Assembly: GCA_964291675.2 (NCBI GenBank)
Contig: OZ219866.1
Span: forward strand, 3,456,001 to 3,520,000
Direction: 5' to 3'
Origin: Alphaproteobacteria bacterium
Lineage (GTDB): Bacteria > Pseudomonadota > Alphaproteobacteria > MPNO01
DNA: 64,000 nt
In this document: piece by piece, positions 30,208 through 40,703 of the stretch
How the letters are laid out: the number at the start of each line of letters is the position of its first letter
Numbering within the stretch: the first letter of the stretch is position 1
The notes under the pieces: model-generated
Databases searched by the model: none
What the model was told of the DNA's origin: nothing
The model's input: only the letters and a program-made list of their open reading frames with translations
Program-made: the position numbers and the translations under genes

Positions 30208-30969
30208 TCAGGCCATGCCGGAAATCGTGTGCTGCTTCGGCCGGGGCGGGGTCTCCCCGGTGCCGGCGGCGTAGACCCGCCGGACGGCGGGGCGCGCCAT
30301 CAGGCGGTCGTACCAGCCGTTGACGCGGGAAAACCGGTCGCGGTCGAGCATCGCCGGACGCAGCTCGGTCACCCGGTGGACGATGGCGAGCATGCCGATA
30401 TCCGCCAGCGAGTAGGTCTCGCCGGCAAGCCACGGCCCGTCGGCGAGATCTTCCTCCGCCCGCCCGATGACGAAACCGAGGCGGTCGAAGGCATGGTCGA
30501 TCTCGCCCTCGTCGAACCCGCCGCCGACGATCCGGCGCATACGCTCCCGCCTTTCCGGCGCGGGCATGCGGTGGAGCAGGCGCTCGATCTCGGCGGGCTC
30601 AAGATCGGTCATCTTCCGCTTCAGCACCCCGTCATAGGTCGCGTTCTGCAACGCCGGATGGACCATGTCGGCGGCCCAGGTCCAGAGCCGCATGCGGCTC
30701 CGCGCCCCGGGGTCGGACGGGCGCAGCGGCGGGTCGGGAAATGCGTCCTCGAGGTACTCGGCGATCGCCGCCGAGTTGACGATGGGGCGCCCGTCATGCA
30801 CCAGCGTCGGCACCACCCCCCAGGGGTTGAGCTTGAGATAGTCGGCGCTCAGATGCGCATGGTGCTGGAGCTCGATATAGCGGCTGACATAGGGCAGCCC
30901 CTTCTCGACCAGCGCGAGGCGCACCTGTTTGGAGCAGGTCGACAGGCCGGAATGATAGAGCTCGAGCAT
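30208..30969 (-). CDS. Glutathione S-transferase family protein
   Basis: STCSKQVR, LNPWGVVPTL, YSLADI. Confidence 0.9.
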   Translation of the reverse strand: MLELYHSGLSTCSKQVRLALVEKGLPYVSRYIELQHHAHLSADYLKLNPWGVVPTLVHDGRPIVNSAAIAEYLEDAFPDPPLRPSDPGARSRMRLWTWAADMVHPALQNATYDGVLKRKMTDLEPAEIERLLHRMPAPERRERMRRIVGGGFDEGEIDHAFDRLGFVIGRAEEDLADGPWLAGETYSLADIGMLAIVHRVTELRPAMLDRDRFSRVNGWYDRLMARPAVRRVYAAGTGETPPRPKQHTISGMA

Positions 30970-30979
30970 CTCTCCCTCC

Positions 30980-31972
30980 TCAGTTGCCGCGTTCGTCCGC
31001 GCCCAGCAGGCTGCGGGGCGGCTCGCCGTCCAGCCAGCGGCGCACGTTGCGCGCGCCGAGCCGCACCGCCTCGACCTGCGCGCCCGCCACGCTGGCCGAG
31101 TTGTGCGGCGCGGCGATCACGTTTGGCAGGTCGAGGAACGGATGGTCGATGCGGAACTCGCCGTGCCGCACCGGCTCGACCCACCACGACTCCAGGCAGG
31201 CGAAGAACCGCCGGTTGGCGACGAGGTGGCGGTAGAGCGTGTCCTGGTCGACGATCTCGCCGCGCGCGACGTTGACCAGGATCGCGTCGTCCTTCATCCA
31301 GCCGAGCTCGCGCGCGCCGATCAGCCCCGCCGTCGCCCTTGTCAGCGACAGCGAGACCAGGACGACATCGGCGGCGCGGAGCACCTCTTCCAGCGCCGCC
31401 AGGGTGCCGATGAACGCCACCGCCTCGGCGGTCTCGCCGCTGCGGTTGATGGCGTGGATCTCCGCACCCAGCGCCCGGAACAGCCCCGCCGCCTGCCGCC
31501 CGACGCCGCCGAAGCCGATTATCGCGCAGACCGCCCCGTCGAGGGTACGGTTGGCGACGAACTGGTTGAACCGCCCCGCGCGCATCTCCCGGTGCTCGAC
31601 CGGCAGGCGCTTGGCGGCGGCCAGCGTCATCGCCAGCGCGAACTCCGCCATCGGGCCGGCGAACGCGCCCGCATTCGAGGCGATCGGCAGGTCGCGCGGG
31701 AACAGATGCAGCGGCACGTGGTCGACCCCCGCGGTCAGGAGCTGGACGAAGCCGAGCGAGGTCATCGCGGCCACGTCGTCCGCCGCGACCTCGATCCGGG
31801 GGTTCTGGGCGATCAGCACGCGCGCCCGCGCCCGCGCGTCCTCCCAGTCTCCCGGCGCGAGATCGGGCCTGTACAGCAGCTCGCAGCGCGCGCCGAGCTC
31901 GTGGCGGTAGACGCTGCGCGCCTCGGCGGCCGGGTCGTGGGCGACAAGGACGCAGGGCGGGGCCGCGGTCAT
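30980..31972 (-). CDS. D-2-hydroxyacid dehydrogenase
   Basis: IIGFGGVG, VNVARG, APHN. Confidence 0.88.
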   Translation of the reverse strand: MTAAPPCVLVAHDPAAEARSVYRHELGARCELLYRPDLAPGDWEDARARARVLIAQNPRIEVAADDVAAMTSLGFVQLLTAGVDHVPLHLFPRDLPIASNAGAFAGPMAEFALAMTLAAAKRLPVEHREMRAGRFNQFVANRTLDGAVCAIIGFGGVGRQAAGLFRALGAEIHAINRSGETAEAVAFIGTLAALEEVLRAADVVLVSLSLTRATAGLIGARELGWMKDDAILVNVARGEIVDQDTLYRHLVANRRFFACLESWWVEPVRHGEFRIDHPFLDLPNVIAAPHNSASVAGAQVEAVRLGARNVRRWLDGEPPRSLLGADERGN

Positions 31973-32017
31973 CTGGGATACTCCATCTTTGGGCGAGGAC
32001 CCGGTGCGGCGCCCCCG

Positions 32018-32944
32018 CTACCGCCAGGAAGGCTCTTCCGGGTCCGGGTTGTCGGGATGGGTCGAGTCCGGGCCCATATAGACGCCGCGTTTCCAGCTCC
32101 GCTTGAGGGGATCGGCGACGCCCACCTCCATGCGCCCGATGCCGGCGATCTCGATCTCCGCGCGGTCGCCGTCCTGCAGCGGCCCCAGCCCCTCGTGATT
32201 GGTGCCGCAGCCGATGACGTCGCCCGAGTTGAGGGTCATGATTGCGCTCGCCCACGCGACGAGCTCGGGCACCGGGTGCTCCATGTCGGCGGTGTTGTAG
32301 TCGTGGCGCAGCTCGCCCGAGACCCGGAACCGGACGTCGAGGTCGTTGGGGTCGGCGATCTCGTCCGCCGTGACGATGCACGGGCCGAGCGGGGCGAAGG
32401 TGTCGAAGGACTTGCCCATCCAGCTCCGCGCCCGCCAGGTCGAACGCCCCTCGCCGCGCGCGGAGACGTCGATCAGGCAGGTGTAGCCGAACACCGCCTC
32501 GCGCCAGTGCTCCCGCCGCACGCGCCTGGCCGGGCCCTTGACGACCAGGGCGAGCTCCGCCTCGTGGTGAAACGCCCAGGGCTCGGTCGTCTCGGGCAGC
32601 ATGACGGTGTCTCCCGGTCCGATCACCGCATCGTGGTTTTTCAGGAACATGTTGAGCGGGCGCGGATCGCGCTCCCGGTGCTCCCGGTAATTGCCGATGC
32701 AGCAGAGCATCTTGCCGGGCCGCGGCAGCGGCGCGCGCAGCCGGACCCGGTCGAGCGGGATCGCGTCTCCTTCGGCGTCCAGGCGGGCAAGGTCTCCCCG
32801 CATCGCATCGAAGCCGTCGACGATGCCGTTCATCGTCCGCGCCGGGCCCCCGACCGCCTCGGCCATGTCGACGATACCGCGCGGCGTCAGCAGGCCGGGC
32901 CGGACCTCGCCGCCTTCCCGATCCTGAAACTGGACGAGCTTCAA
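32018..32944 (-). CDS. Fumarylacetoacetate hydrolase family protein
   Basis: GNYREH, HEAEL, GKSFDTFAPLGP; TTG start after GGAGGG. Confidence 0.88.
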   Translation of the reverse strand: MKLVQFQDREGGEVRPGLLTPRGIVDMAEAVGGPARTMNGIVDGFDAMRGDLARLDAEGDAIPLDRVRLRAPLPRPGKMLCCIGNYREHRERDPRPLNMFLKNHDAVIGPGDTVMLPETTEPWAFHHEAELALVVKGPARRVRREHWREAVFGYTCLIDVSARGEGRSTWRARSWMGKSFDTFAPLGPCIVTADEIADPNDLDVRFRVSGELRHDYNTADMEHPVPELVAWASAIMTLNSGDVIGCGTNHEGLGPLQDGDRAEIEIAGIGRMEVGVADPLKRSWKRGVYMGPDSTHPDNPDPEEPSWR

Positions 32945-32990
32945 GTGCTTCCCTCCATCGGCCGGCCTCCCCTGCGCCGCGGATCGTCCC

Positions 32991-33734
32991 TCAGGGCCCG
33001 TCGACCATCGCGAAGACGCGCGCCGGCGAGCCGTCGAGCCCTTCGAGCCGCAGCGGGATCGCCGCCAGCACGAACGGTTCGGCGCCGATGGCGCCGACAT
33101 TGGTGACCATCTGGACGATCGTCGTGCCGTTGCCGAGCAGCGCGCGGTGGTTCGGCCCGGGCGGCAGGCCCGGCGCCGGCGGCATGCGCCAGAACGGGAT
33201 CTCCGGATGGAAGTCGATGGCGACCGCGCTGACGCCGCGTTCGACCAGCAGCCGGCTGACGCTCACGTCCATGTAGATGACGTCGTTCCAGTAGGCGTCG
33301 GTGCCCCATGCCCGGTCGGTCCAGGCGGTATGCAGGATCGGGATCACCGTTTCGTCGAACGCCACGCCGGTCTCCAGGATCGCGTCCGCGGTGACGCTCC
33401 CGCCGGGCTCGATATGCGTCAGCGGAATCACGCGTCCCGGCTTCACCAGGCTCTCCAGCGGGATCTCGTCGACCGCCCTGCCGCCATCGATGAAGTGGCG
33501 CGGCGCGTCGATATGAGTGCCGATATGGGTCAGGATCTCGACCTTGCTGGTCATGTGATGGGCGATCTCGATTCCGTCAGCCAGCTCGATGCGTTCCTCC
33601 GCGAGCGTCGCGGCCTGGGCCTCGCTGAGCGCGGTCAGGGCGATGCAGCGCGTCGGGTTGTCCCGGTACTGCGCGAGCCGCGGCATCGGGCGCATGTCGC
33701 GGTTGATCGGCAGCGTCAGGTCGACGATTCGCAT
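32991..33734 (-). CDS. Cyclase/kynurenine formamidase family metal hydrolase
   Basis: HIGTHIDAPRH, DGSPARVFA. Confidence 0.85.
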   Translation of the reverse strand: MRIVDLTLPINRDMRPMPRLAQYRDNPTRCIALTALSEAQAATLAEERIELADGIEIAHHMTSKVEILTHIGTHIDAPRHFIDGGRAVDEIPLESLVKPGRVIPLTHIEPGGSVTADAILETGVAFDETVIPILHTAWTDRAWGTDAYWNDVIYMDVSVSRLLVERGVSAVAIDFHPEIPFWRMPPAPGLPPGPNHRALLGNGTTIVQMVTNVGAIGAEPFVLAAIPLRLEGLDGSPARVFAMVDGP

Positions 33735-33788
33735 AACTCTCCTCGCTCGGTTCACGGGGGACGAGGGCGCCAGGGAGTCGGACCCCGG

Positions 33789-34196
33789 TCAGTTCAGGGT
33801 CTCGGGCTCTCCCGGCGGCTCGTCGGTCGGCGGGCGGCCCTGGGTGGGGCCGGAATGGTGGTGGCAGATTCTCCAGAGGCTGCCCTCGCGCACGAACAGG
33901 TTGGTGGCGAGCAGGAACTGCCCCTCCAGCTCCTCGTAGCAGGTCACCACGCCGATATCGCCGTTGGCGTAGGCGATGGCGGCATGGCACGAGATGTCGG
34001 GCGAGTTGGGATTGCCGATGATCGCCGCCCAGCTCCGCATCACCGCCTCGCGGCCGATCAGCACGTCCCAGCCCGGGTGCATGCAGACGATGGGCTCGCG
34101 TTCCGCCCACATCGCCTCCATCGCCTCGGCGTCACGGTCGGCGAAGGCGCGGTAGAACGCCTCGTTGGCAAACAGCAGCGTGTCGATATCGGACAT
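33789..34196 (-). CDS. SnoaL/NTF2-like protein
   Basis: ANEAFYRAF, CMHPGW, ATNLF..W...HHS. Confidence 0.85.
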   Translation of the reverse strand: MSDIDTLLFANEAFYRAFADRDAEAMEAMWAEREPIVCMHPGWDVLIGREAVMRSWAAIIGNPNSPDISCHAAIAYANGDIGVVTCYEELEGQFLLATNLFVREGSLWRICHHHSGPTQGRPPTDEPPGEPETLN

Positions 34197-34318
34197 CCGG
34201 TGTCCCCCGGCCGAACAGCAGCACATGCGCCGCGCTTTGGCAATCCGGGGACCGCCTCCGCCTTGTCCGGTCCCCGGCCCTGTGGTCAAATCCGCTGCCG
34301 CGGATTCGGGAGACCGCC

Positions 34319-35384
34319 ATGTTCCTGCGCAATTGCTGGTATGTCGCCGCCTACGACCACGAGGTCGGCGAGGCGCCCTTCGCCCGCACGCTCCTCGGCG
34401 AGCCCGTCGTGCTCTACCGCAAGAGCGACGGCACCGCCGCGGCGCTCGCCGATTCGTGCTGCCACCGGGCGCTGCCGCTGTCGATGGGGACGGTCGTCGG
34501 CGACCACCTGCGCTGCGGCTATCACGGCCTCGTCTTCGCCGCCGACGGCGCCTGCGTCTCGGTCCCCGGCCAGACCGCGGTGCCGCCCGGCGCCGCCGTG
34601 CAATCCTACCCGGCGACCGAGCGCTATGGCTGGATCTGGGTGTGGATGGGCGATCCCGCGCTCGCCGATCCGGCGCTGCTGCCGGACTGGCACTGGCTCG
34701 AATCGCCCGACTGGGAGATGGTGGAGGGCAATGGCGGGAAGCCGCTGCCGATGGCCTGCAACTACGAGCTGATCTCGGACAACCTGTTCGACCTCACCCA
34801 CCTGTCCTATGTGCATGCCCACCTCGACCTCCATCGGCACCGACGCGATCGTCGATTTTCCCTGCAAGACCGAGCGCCTGGAGCGGTCGGTGCGCATGTC
34901 GCGGCTGGTGATCGACCGCCCCGCGGCGCCGTTCTACCAGTGGTGCGGCAACTTCGCGGGCAATGTCGACCGCTGGCTGATCACGACGATCGACATGCCG
35001 TGCTTCCTGGTCAACCACGCGGGCTGCGTCGATACCGGGACCGGGATCGACATGCATGACGGCCGCCGCGACGGCGGGGTGGAGCTCAAGGTGCTGAACG
35101 CGCTCACCCCGGAGACCGCGACGACGACGCACTATTTCTACGGGCACACGCGCAATTTCCGCCTCGGAGAGGAAGAGGTGACCGAGAAGTTCCGCACCAA
35201 CTTCACCCAGGTCTTCCTGGAGGACAAGGCGATCCTGGAGGCCCAGCAGGCGATGATGTCGAGCGATCCCGATGCGCCGCAGATCGACATCAACGCGGAC
35301 GGCCCCGGCATCCAGGTCCGCCGGCTGCTGCGCGAGCTGATCGCCGCCGAGCGGCGCGACCCCGCGTCGATCGCCGCGGAATAG
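34319..35384 (+). pseudogene. VanA-like Rieske oxygenase with frameshift near 34820
   Basis: CCHR...CGYHG, DNLFDLTHLSYVH in one frame; TSIG..LTPET..EDKAILEAQQ in the next. Confidence 0.8.
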
Positions 35385-35395
35385 GCGAAGCGGCA

Positions 35396-36571
35396 ATGGC
35401 GGCGCTCGACGGGATCCGCATCCTCGAACTCACCACGATGATCACCGGCCCGCTCGGCGGGCAGATGCTCGCCGATCTCGGGGCCGATGTCGTCAAAATC
35501 GAGAACCCCGCCGGCGGCGACATGTTCCGCAGCTGGCGGGGCGGCACCTACAGCGCCCATTTCCTCGCCTATAACCGCAACAAGCGCTCGATGACCCTCA
35601 ATTTGCGGTCGGAGGAGGGGAGGGAGATCCTGCTCCGCCTGGTCGAGACCGCCGACGTGCTGCTGGAGAACTTCCGGCCGGGGGTGATGGACCGGCTCGG
35701 CCTCGGGCTGGACGCGCTGAGAGCGCGCAATCCGGGGCTGATCTATTGCTCGATCACCGGTTTCGGCGAGGACGGACCCTACCGGGACCGCCCGGCCTAC
35801 GATGCCGTCGCGCAGTCGCTGTCGGGCGTCTCCTCGATGTTCATCGAGCCCGAGGACCCGCAGATCACCGGACCCACGATCGCCGACAACATGACCGGAA
35901 TCAACGCCTGCTACGGCATTCTCGGCGCCCTGTTCGAGCGCGAACGGACCGGCAAGGCGCGCCGGGTCGACGTCAACATGCTCGAATCGACCATCACCTT
36001 CATGCCCGACCCGTGGTCCAACCTGATCCAGGGCGGGTTCCCGCAGGGGCCGCATGCGAGGGTCCGGGCGTCGCAGTCCTACTCGCTGCGCTGCTCGGAC
36101 GGCAAGCTGCTGGCGCTCCATCTGTCGTCGCCGCAGAAATTCTGGCAGGGGGTGCAGAACGCGTTCGAGCGGCCCGATCTCGGCGCCGACGAGCGCTTCG
36201 CCCTGCGAGAGTCGCGAATCGAGAACTATTTCGCGCTCAAGGCCGAGTTCCAGAAGACGGTCGGAACCAGGCCGCGGGCGCACTGGATGGCCAGGCTGGA
36301 GGCCGAGGACGTGCCGTTCGCGCCGATCCTCACCCTGCCCGAGGTGCGCGAGGACCCGCAGGTCCGCCATCTGGAGAGCTTTTTCGAGACCGCGCACCCG
36401 GAGGAGGGGACGATGACGCTGCTGCGCCGGCCGGTGCGCTTCGACGGCGCGCGCGACGACCAGCCGACGGCGCCGCCGCCCCAGCTCGGCGAGCATACCG
36501 ACGACATTCTGGGCGAGCTCGGCTACGACGCGGCCGGGATCGGCCGCCTGCGCCAGGACGCGGTGGTCTGA
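35396..36571 (+). CDS. CaiB/BaiF family III CoA-transferase
   Basis: LADLGADVVKIE, NRNKRS, ENFRPG, LGEHT. Confidence 0.92.
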   Translation: MAALDGIRILELTTMITGPLGGQMLADLGADVVKIENPAGGDMFRSWRGGTYSAHFLAYNRNKRSMTLNLRSEEGREILLRLVETADVLLENFRPGVMDRLGLGLDALRARNPGLIYCSITGFGEDGPYRDRPAYDAVAQSLSGVSSMFIEPEDPQITGPTIADNMTGINACYGILGALFERERTGKARRVDVNMLESTITFMPDPWSNLIQGGFPQGPHARVRASQSYSLRCSDGKLLALHLSSPQKFWQGVQNAFERPDLGADERFALRESRIENYFALKAEFQKTVGTRPRAHWMARLEAEDVPFAPILTLPEVREDPQVRHLESFFETAHPEEGTMTLLRRPVRFDGARDDQPTAPPPQLGEHTDDILGELGYDAAGIGRLRQDAVV

Positions 36572-36647
36572 CCGGCGGCGTGCGGTTGACCGCGCCTTGC
36601 CGCGCTGCGAAAAGGGCGGGGGCGGCAGGGCGAGCGGGGCGCGCCGG

Positions 36648-37064
36648 ATGAAGGTCAGGATCACCGAGTATCTCGACATCGAGCTCGAAGCCGAGCGCTG
36701 GTGCTGCAATCGCTGCGGCCACGATCTGGGCGATGCGCGCGAATCCTACAAGCGGGGGTGCCTGGTACGCGAGCGCGACCCCCGCGAGATCCATTTCCCG
36801 ATCGGCCCGAGCAAGGAGTTCAACTTCTCCTTCGATCCCGACTGGATGCGCATCGTCGAGTTCTACTGCCCGGGCTGCGCGGTCATGGTGGAGAACGAAT
36901 ACCTGCCGCCCGGCCACCCGCTGACCTGGGACATCCAGCTCGACATCGACAAGCTCAAGAAGAAGCACGGGGTGAAATCCCGCAGGCGGTCCCGCAAGCC
37001 CGCGTCCGGCGCAAAGCGCGCCGCCGGCCGCTCCCGGGCCGGGACCGGGGCGCCGGCGCGCTAG
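36648..37064 (+). CDS. Acetone carboxylase gamma subunit-like protein
   Basis: RITEYLDI, CNRCGH, EFYCPGCA, EYLPPGHP. Confidence 0.8.
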   Translation: MKVRITEYLDIELEAERWCCNRCGHDLGDARESYKRGCLVRERDPREIHFPIGPSKEFNFSFDPDWMRIVEFYCPGCAVMVENEYLPPGHPLTWDIQLDIDKLKKKHGVKSRRRSRKPASGAKRAAGRSRAGTGAPAR

Positions 37065-37147
37065 CCGAGCCGCTTGCGCCAGGCCGGCAAATGCGGAAAC
37101 CTGTCCGTCCGACACGTCCGGGAAACGAAACCACAGGGAGCTCGACC

Positions 37148-38143
37148 ATGAGGAAATCACTGCTCACGATCGCCGCCGCGGCGGTGGCCGGAGCGCTGCT
37201 CGCCGCGCCGGCGGTGCAGGCCGCGGAGGTCGCACTCAAGGGCATTTCCGCCTGGCCCAAGAACTTCCCGCTCACCCCCGATTTCCTGCGCTTCATCGAA
37301 CACGCCAACAAGGAAGCGGCGGGGCAGTTCAAGATCAAGTTCATCGGCGGGCCGGAGATCGCCAAGGCGCCGGCCCAGGCCAAGGGGTTCAAGTCGGGTC
37401 TCTACGACCTGATGTTCACCGCCGCCAGCTACCACCGCGGCGTGGCCCCCGAGGTCGACGCGCTGTCGGCGACGATGATCCGGCCGTGGGATGCCCGCAA
37501 GTCCGGCGCGATGGACGCCCTCAACCGGGCGATGACCAAGCGACTCGACGGGATCATCCTGTCGCAGACCGCGACCAGCGTCTCCTTCGTGCTCTATCTC
37601 AGCCGCGAGCCCAAGCGGCACGCCGACGGCATGATCTCGCTCGAAGGCTTCAAGATGCGCTCGGTGCCGATCTATGACGCGTTCCTGAGGGCGCTGGGCG
37701 CGACCACCATCACCGTCCAGGTGCCGGAGATCTACAACGCGCTGGAGCGCGGGCTGGTCGACGGCTTCGCCTTCCCCGAGCTGTTCACCCGGCCTATGGG
37801 CTGGCCGAAATTCGTCAAGTACCGGGTCTATCCGAGGTTCTACCAGCTCGAGCCCTGCATCTTCATCTCCAACAAGGCGCTGAAGAAGCTGAGCCCGAAA
37901 GGCCGCGAGCTGATGCTCAAGCTGGGCCGCGACTGGGAGCACATTTCGCACGACTACTGGAAGCCGCTGGTGGAGAAGGAGTCCGAGATCCTCGCCAAGG
38001 AGTTCGGCCACAAGACGATCACCATGTCGGGCGACGCGGCGAAGCGCTATATCGGCCTGGCCAACAACCTGCCCATCGAGCGCCTGAAGAAGGTCGACAC
38101 GCCCGAGGCGAAGACGCTTTCCAAGCTCTATCACGGCCAGTAG
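37148..38143 (+). CDS. dctP: TRAP substrate-binding protein DctP
   Basis: Signal peptide; IGGPE, EIYNALERGLVDG. Confidence 0.9.
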   Translation: MRKSLLTIAAAAVAGALLAAPAVQAAEVALKGISAWPKNFPLTPDFLRFIEHANKEAAGQFKIKFIGGPEIAKAPAQAKGFKSGLYDLMFTAASYHRGVAPEVDALSATMIRPWDARKSGAMDALNRAMTKRLDGIILSQTATSVSFVLYLSREPKRHADGMISLEGFKMRSVPIYDAFLRALGATTITVQVPEIYNALERGLVDGFAFPELFTRPMGWPKFVKYRVYPRFYQLEPCIFISNKALKKLSPKGRELMLKLGRDWEHISHDYWKPLVEKESEILAKEFGHKTITMSGDAAKRYIGLANNLPIERLKKVDTPEAKTLSKLYHGQ

Positions 38144-38156
38144 GCCGCAACCCCGC

Positions 38157-38191
38157 CCGCGCGCTCCGGAAGCCGCTTCGGGAGCGCGCGG
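38157..38191 (+). terminator. Intercistronic stem-loop after dctP
   Basis: CCGCGCGCTCC...GGAGCGCGCGG. Confidence 0.5.
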
Positions 38192-38215
38192 CGGTGCCTC
38201 CCTGGCGTCGCCGCG

Positions 38216-38728
38216 ATGAAACTCCTATCCCGCGCCTATGACGGGCTGATCGTCGGCCTCGCCATTCTCGCCGGGCTGATGCTGGTGGTGATCTTCGTCG
38301 GCATCATCGCCGACGTGGCGATCCGCACCGCCGGTTACAACGCGCTCCAGTGGTACAGCGCGATCGCCGAATACTGCCTCCTGTTCTCGACCATGCTGGC
38401 CGCCCCCTGGCTGGTGCGGCTCAGGGGCCACGTGGTCGTCGAGTCGCTGACCATGGCGATGCCGCCGCCGGTGCGATGGGCGATGGCCAAGGCGGTCTAT
38501 GTGCTCTGCATCGTGCTGTCCCTGCTGTTCGTCTATTACGGCTTCGTCGAGCTGGCGCTGACGCTGGAGACCGGCGAGCTCGACCTGCGCTCGATCGACA
38601 TGCCGAAATGGATCCTGTTCCTGCCGTTTCCGCTCGGCTTCACCCTGGTGGCGATCGAGTTCGGCCGCTATTTGCTCGGCTTCGGGTCCTACTACACCGG
38701 CAGGGTCGGCTCCTCGGAGTCGCTGTGA
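38216..38728 (+). CDS. dctQ: TRAP small permease DctQ
   Basis: Four hydrophobic helices; LAAPWLVRLRGHV. Confidence 0.88.
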   Translation: MKLLSRAYDGLIVGLAILAGLMLVVIFVGIIADVAIRTAGYNALQWYSAIAEYCLLFSTMLAAPWLVRLRGHVVVESLTMAMPPPVRWAMAKAVYVLCIVLSLLFVYYGFVELALTLETGELDLRSIDMPKWILFLPFPLGFTLVAIEFGRYLLGFGSYYTGRVGSSESL

Positions 38729-40056
38729 TGGCGCTGCTCGGCGAGTGGTACGGCATCGCCGGGTTCCTGGTCGGCATGGTCGTGGTGTTCATGCTGCTCG
38801 GCATCCCGGTCGCCTTCGCCTTCCTGACCGCCAACATCGTCGGCGCGATGATCTATATGGGCGGGCTCGACGCGATGCCGCAGATCGTCGTCAACGCCGT
38901 CGAATCGGTCACCATCTTCGCCCTGATCCCGGTGCCGCTGTTCATCATCATGGGCGAATTGTTCTTCCACACCGGGCTTGCCATCCGGGTGTTCGACGCG
39001 CTCGACCTGTGCTTCGGCCGGCTGCCCGGGCGGCTCTCCTACATCACCGTCGTCGGCGGCACCATCTTCGCCACGCTGTCGGGCTCGACCATGGCGAATA
39101 CCGCGATGATGGGCTCGATGATGGTCCCCGAGATGACCAGCCGGGGCTACAAGAAGCACATGTCGATGGGGCCGATCCTCGGCACCGGCGGGCTGGCGAT
39201 GATCATCCCGCCATCGGCGCTCGCGGTGCTGCTGGCGAGCCTCGCCGAGATCGATATCGGGGCGCTGCTGATCGCCGGCGTGCTCCCCGGGCTGGTGCTG
39301 GCGGCGCTCTACTCGATCCTGATCTACGCCCAGGTCAAGCTCGACAAGGACGCGGCACCGGCCTATGTGGTGGAATCGGCCTCTCTCGGCCGGGTGCTGC
39401 TCGCGCTCGTGGTCAACGTCCTGCCGATGGGCTTCGTGGTGTTCTGCGTGATCGGGCTGATCATCCTGGGCATCGCGACGCCCACCGAATCGGCCGGGTT
39501 CGGTGCGCTCGGCGTGCTCATCCTCGCCGCGCTCTACCGGGTGCTCTCCTGGGACGTGATCGTGAAGTCGGTCGCCGGCTCGGTCCGGGTGACCGCGATG
39601 GTGCTGCTGATCATCCTCGCCTCCTCGACCTTCAGCCAGCTGCTTGCCTTCACCGGCGCCAGCGCCGGGCTGATCGACTGGGCGACCAAGGTCGATCTGG
39701 CGCCGATCGTCATGCTGCTGATCATGTTCGGTGTCCTCCTGGTCCTCGGCATGTTCATGGACCAGGTCTCGATGATGCTGATCACCGTGCCGATCTTCTT
39801 CCCGCTCGCCCAGACGCTGGAGTTCGACCTGGTCTGGTTCGGGCTGGTGATGCTGCTGGCGCTGGAGATCAGCCTCACCACCCCGCCCTTCGGGCTGCTG
39901 CTGTTCGTGATGATCGGCGTCGCGCCGCGCGGGACGACGCTCTGGCAGGTCGCGATGGCGGCCGCCCCCTATATCGGCTGCGCGCTGATCGTTCTGGTGC
40001 TGCTGATCCTGTTCCCCGGGCTCGCGCTCTACCTGCCGGGGCTGATGGTGAGCTGA
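38728..40056 (+). CDS. dctM: TRAP large permease DctM
   Basis: VPLFIIMG, MIIPPS, ATPTES, TTPPFG; TGATG coupling. Confidence 0.9.
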   Translation: MALLGEWYGIAGFLVGMVVVFMLLGIPVAFAFLTANIVGAMIYMGGLDAMPQIVVNAVESVTIFALIPVPLFIIMGELFFHTGLAIRVFDALDLCFGRLPGRLSYITVVGGTIFATLSGSTMANTAMMGSMMVPEMTSRGYKKHMSMGPILGTGGLAMIIPPSALAVLLASLAEIDIGALLIAGVLPGLVLAALYSILIYAQVKLDKDAAPAYVVESASLGRVLLALVVNVLPMGFVVFCVIGLIILGIATPTESAGFGALGVLILAALYRVLSWDVIVKSVAGSVRVTAMVLLIILASSTFSQLLAFTGASAGLIDWATKVDLAPIVMLLIMFGVLLVLGMFMDQVSMMLITVPIFFPLAQTLEFDLVWFGLVMLLALEISLTTPPFGLLLFVMIGVAPRGTTLWQVAMAAAPYIGCALIVLVLLILFPGLALYLPGLMVS

Positions 40057-40083
40057 CCCGCGCTTGCTCCAATTTGGGGCTTG

Positions 40084-40098
40084 GTGTATCTTATACAC
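40084..40098. promoter_or_regulatory. Palindromic vapBC operator candidate
   Basis: GTGTAT-CTT-ATACAC immediately before the vapB ATG. Confidence 0.6.
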
Positions 40099-40302
40099 AT
40101 GTCACGCACCAATATCGACATCGACGACGAAGCCTGTGCCGAGGTGATGCGCCGCTTCCGCCTGGCGACCAAGCGGGAAGCGGTGAATTTCGCTCTGCGG
40201 ATGCTCGCGGCGGAGCCGCTCGGGATCGATGAGGCCAGGCGGCTTCGCGGATCGGGCTGGGACGGCGATCTCGAAGAGCTGCGCTCCGGCCGCTCGGCTT
40301 GA
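40099..40302 (+). CDS. vapB: VapB antitoxin
   Basis: [10 protein letters not shown]...[11 protein letters not shown]. Confidence 0.88.
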   Translation: MSRTNIDIDDEACAEVMRRFRLATKREAVNFALRMLAAEPLGIDEARRLRGSGWDGDLEELRSGRSA

Positions 40303-40691
40303 TCCTGGTCGATACATCCGCCTGGGTCGAATTCCTGCGCGGTACCGGCTCGGCGACCTGTAACCGCGTCGAGGCCCTGCTCGCGAGCGAGACCGCGACC
40401 TGCGACGTGGTCCGGATGGAGCTGCTGGCCGGCGCGCGCGACGAGCGCCATCTCGAGAATCTCCGACGCCTGCTTGCGCGAGCGGTCTTCATTCCTGTGA
40501 TGCCGGCGGATTACGAGCGCGGCGCCGAACTCTATCGCCGCTGCCGACAGCGCGGCGAGACGGTGCGCAAGCTGGTCGACTGTCTCATCGCCGCCGTCGC
40601 GATTCGCGTCGATGTGGCGGTGCTCCATCGCGACGCCGATTTCGACGTCCTGGCGCGTCACACGGAGCTGCGGATCGACCGCTGCGGCTGA
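40299..40691 (+). CDS. vapC: VapC PIN-domain toxin
   Basis: [23 protein letters not shown]. Confidence 0.9.
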   Translation: MILVDTSAWVEFLRGTGSATCNRVEALLASETATCDVVRMELLAGARDERHLENLRRLLARAVFIPVMPADYERGAELYRRCRQRGETVRKLVDCLIAAVAIRVDVAVLHRDADFDVLARHTELRIDRCG

Positions 40692-40703
40692 AGCCGCGCC
40701 CCC

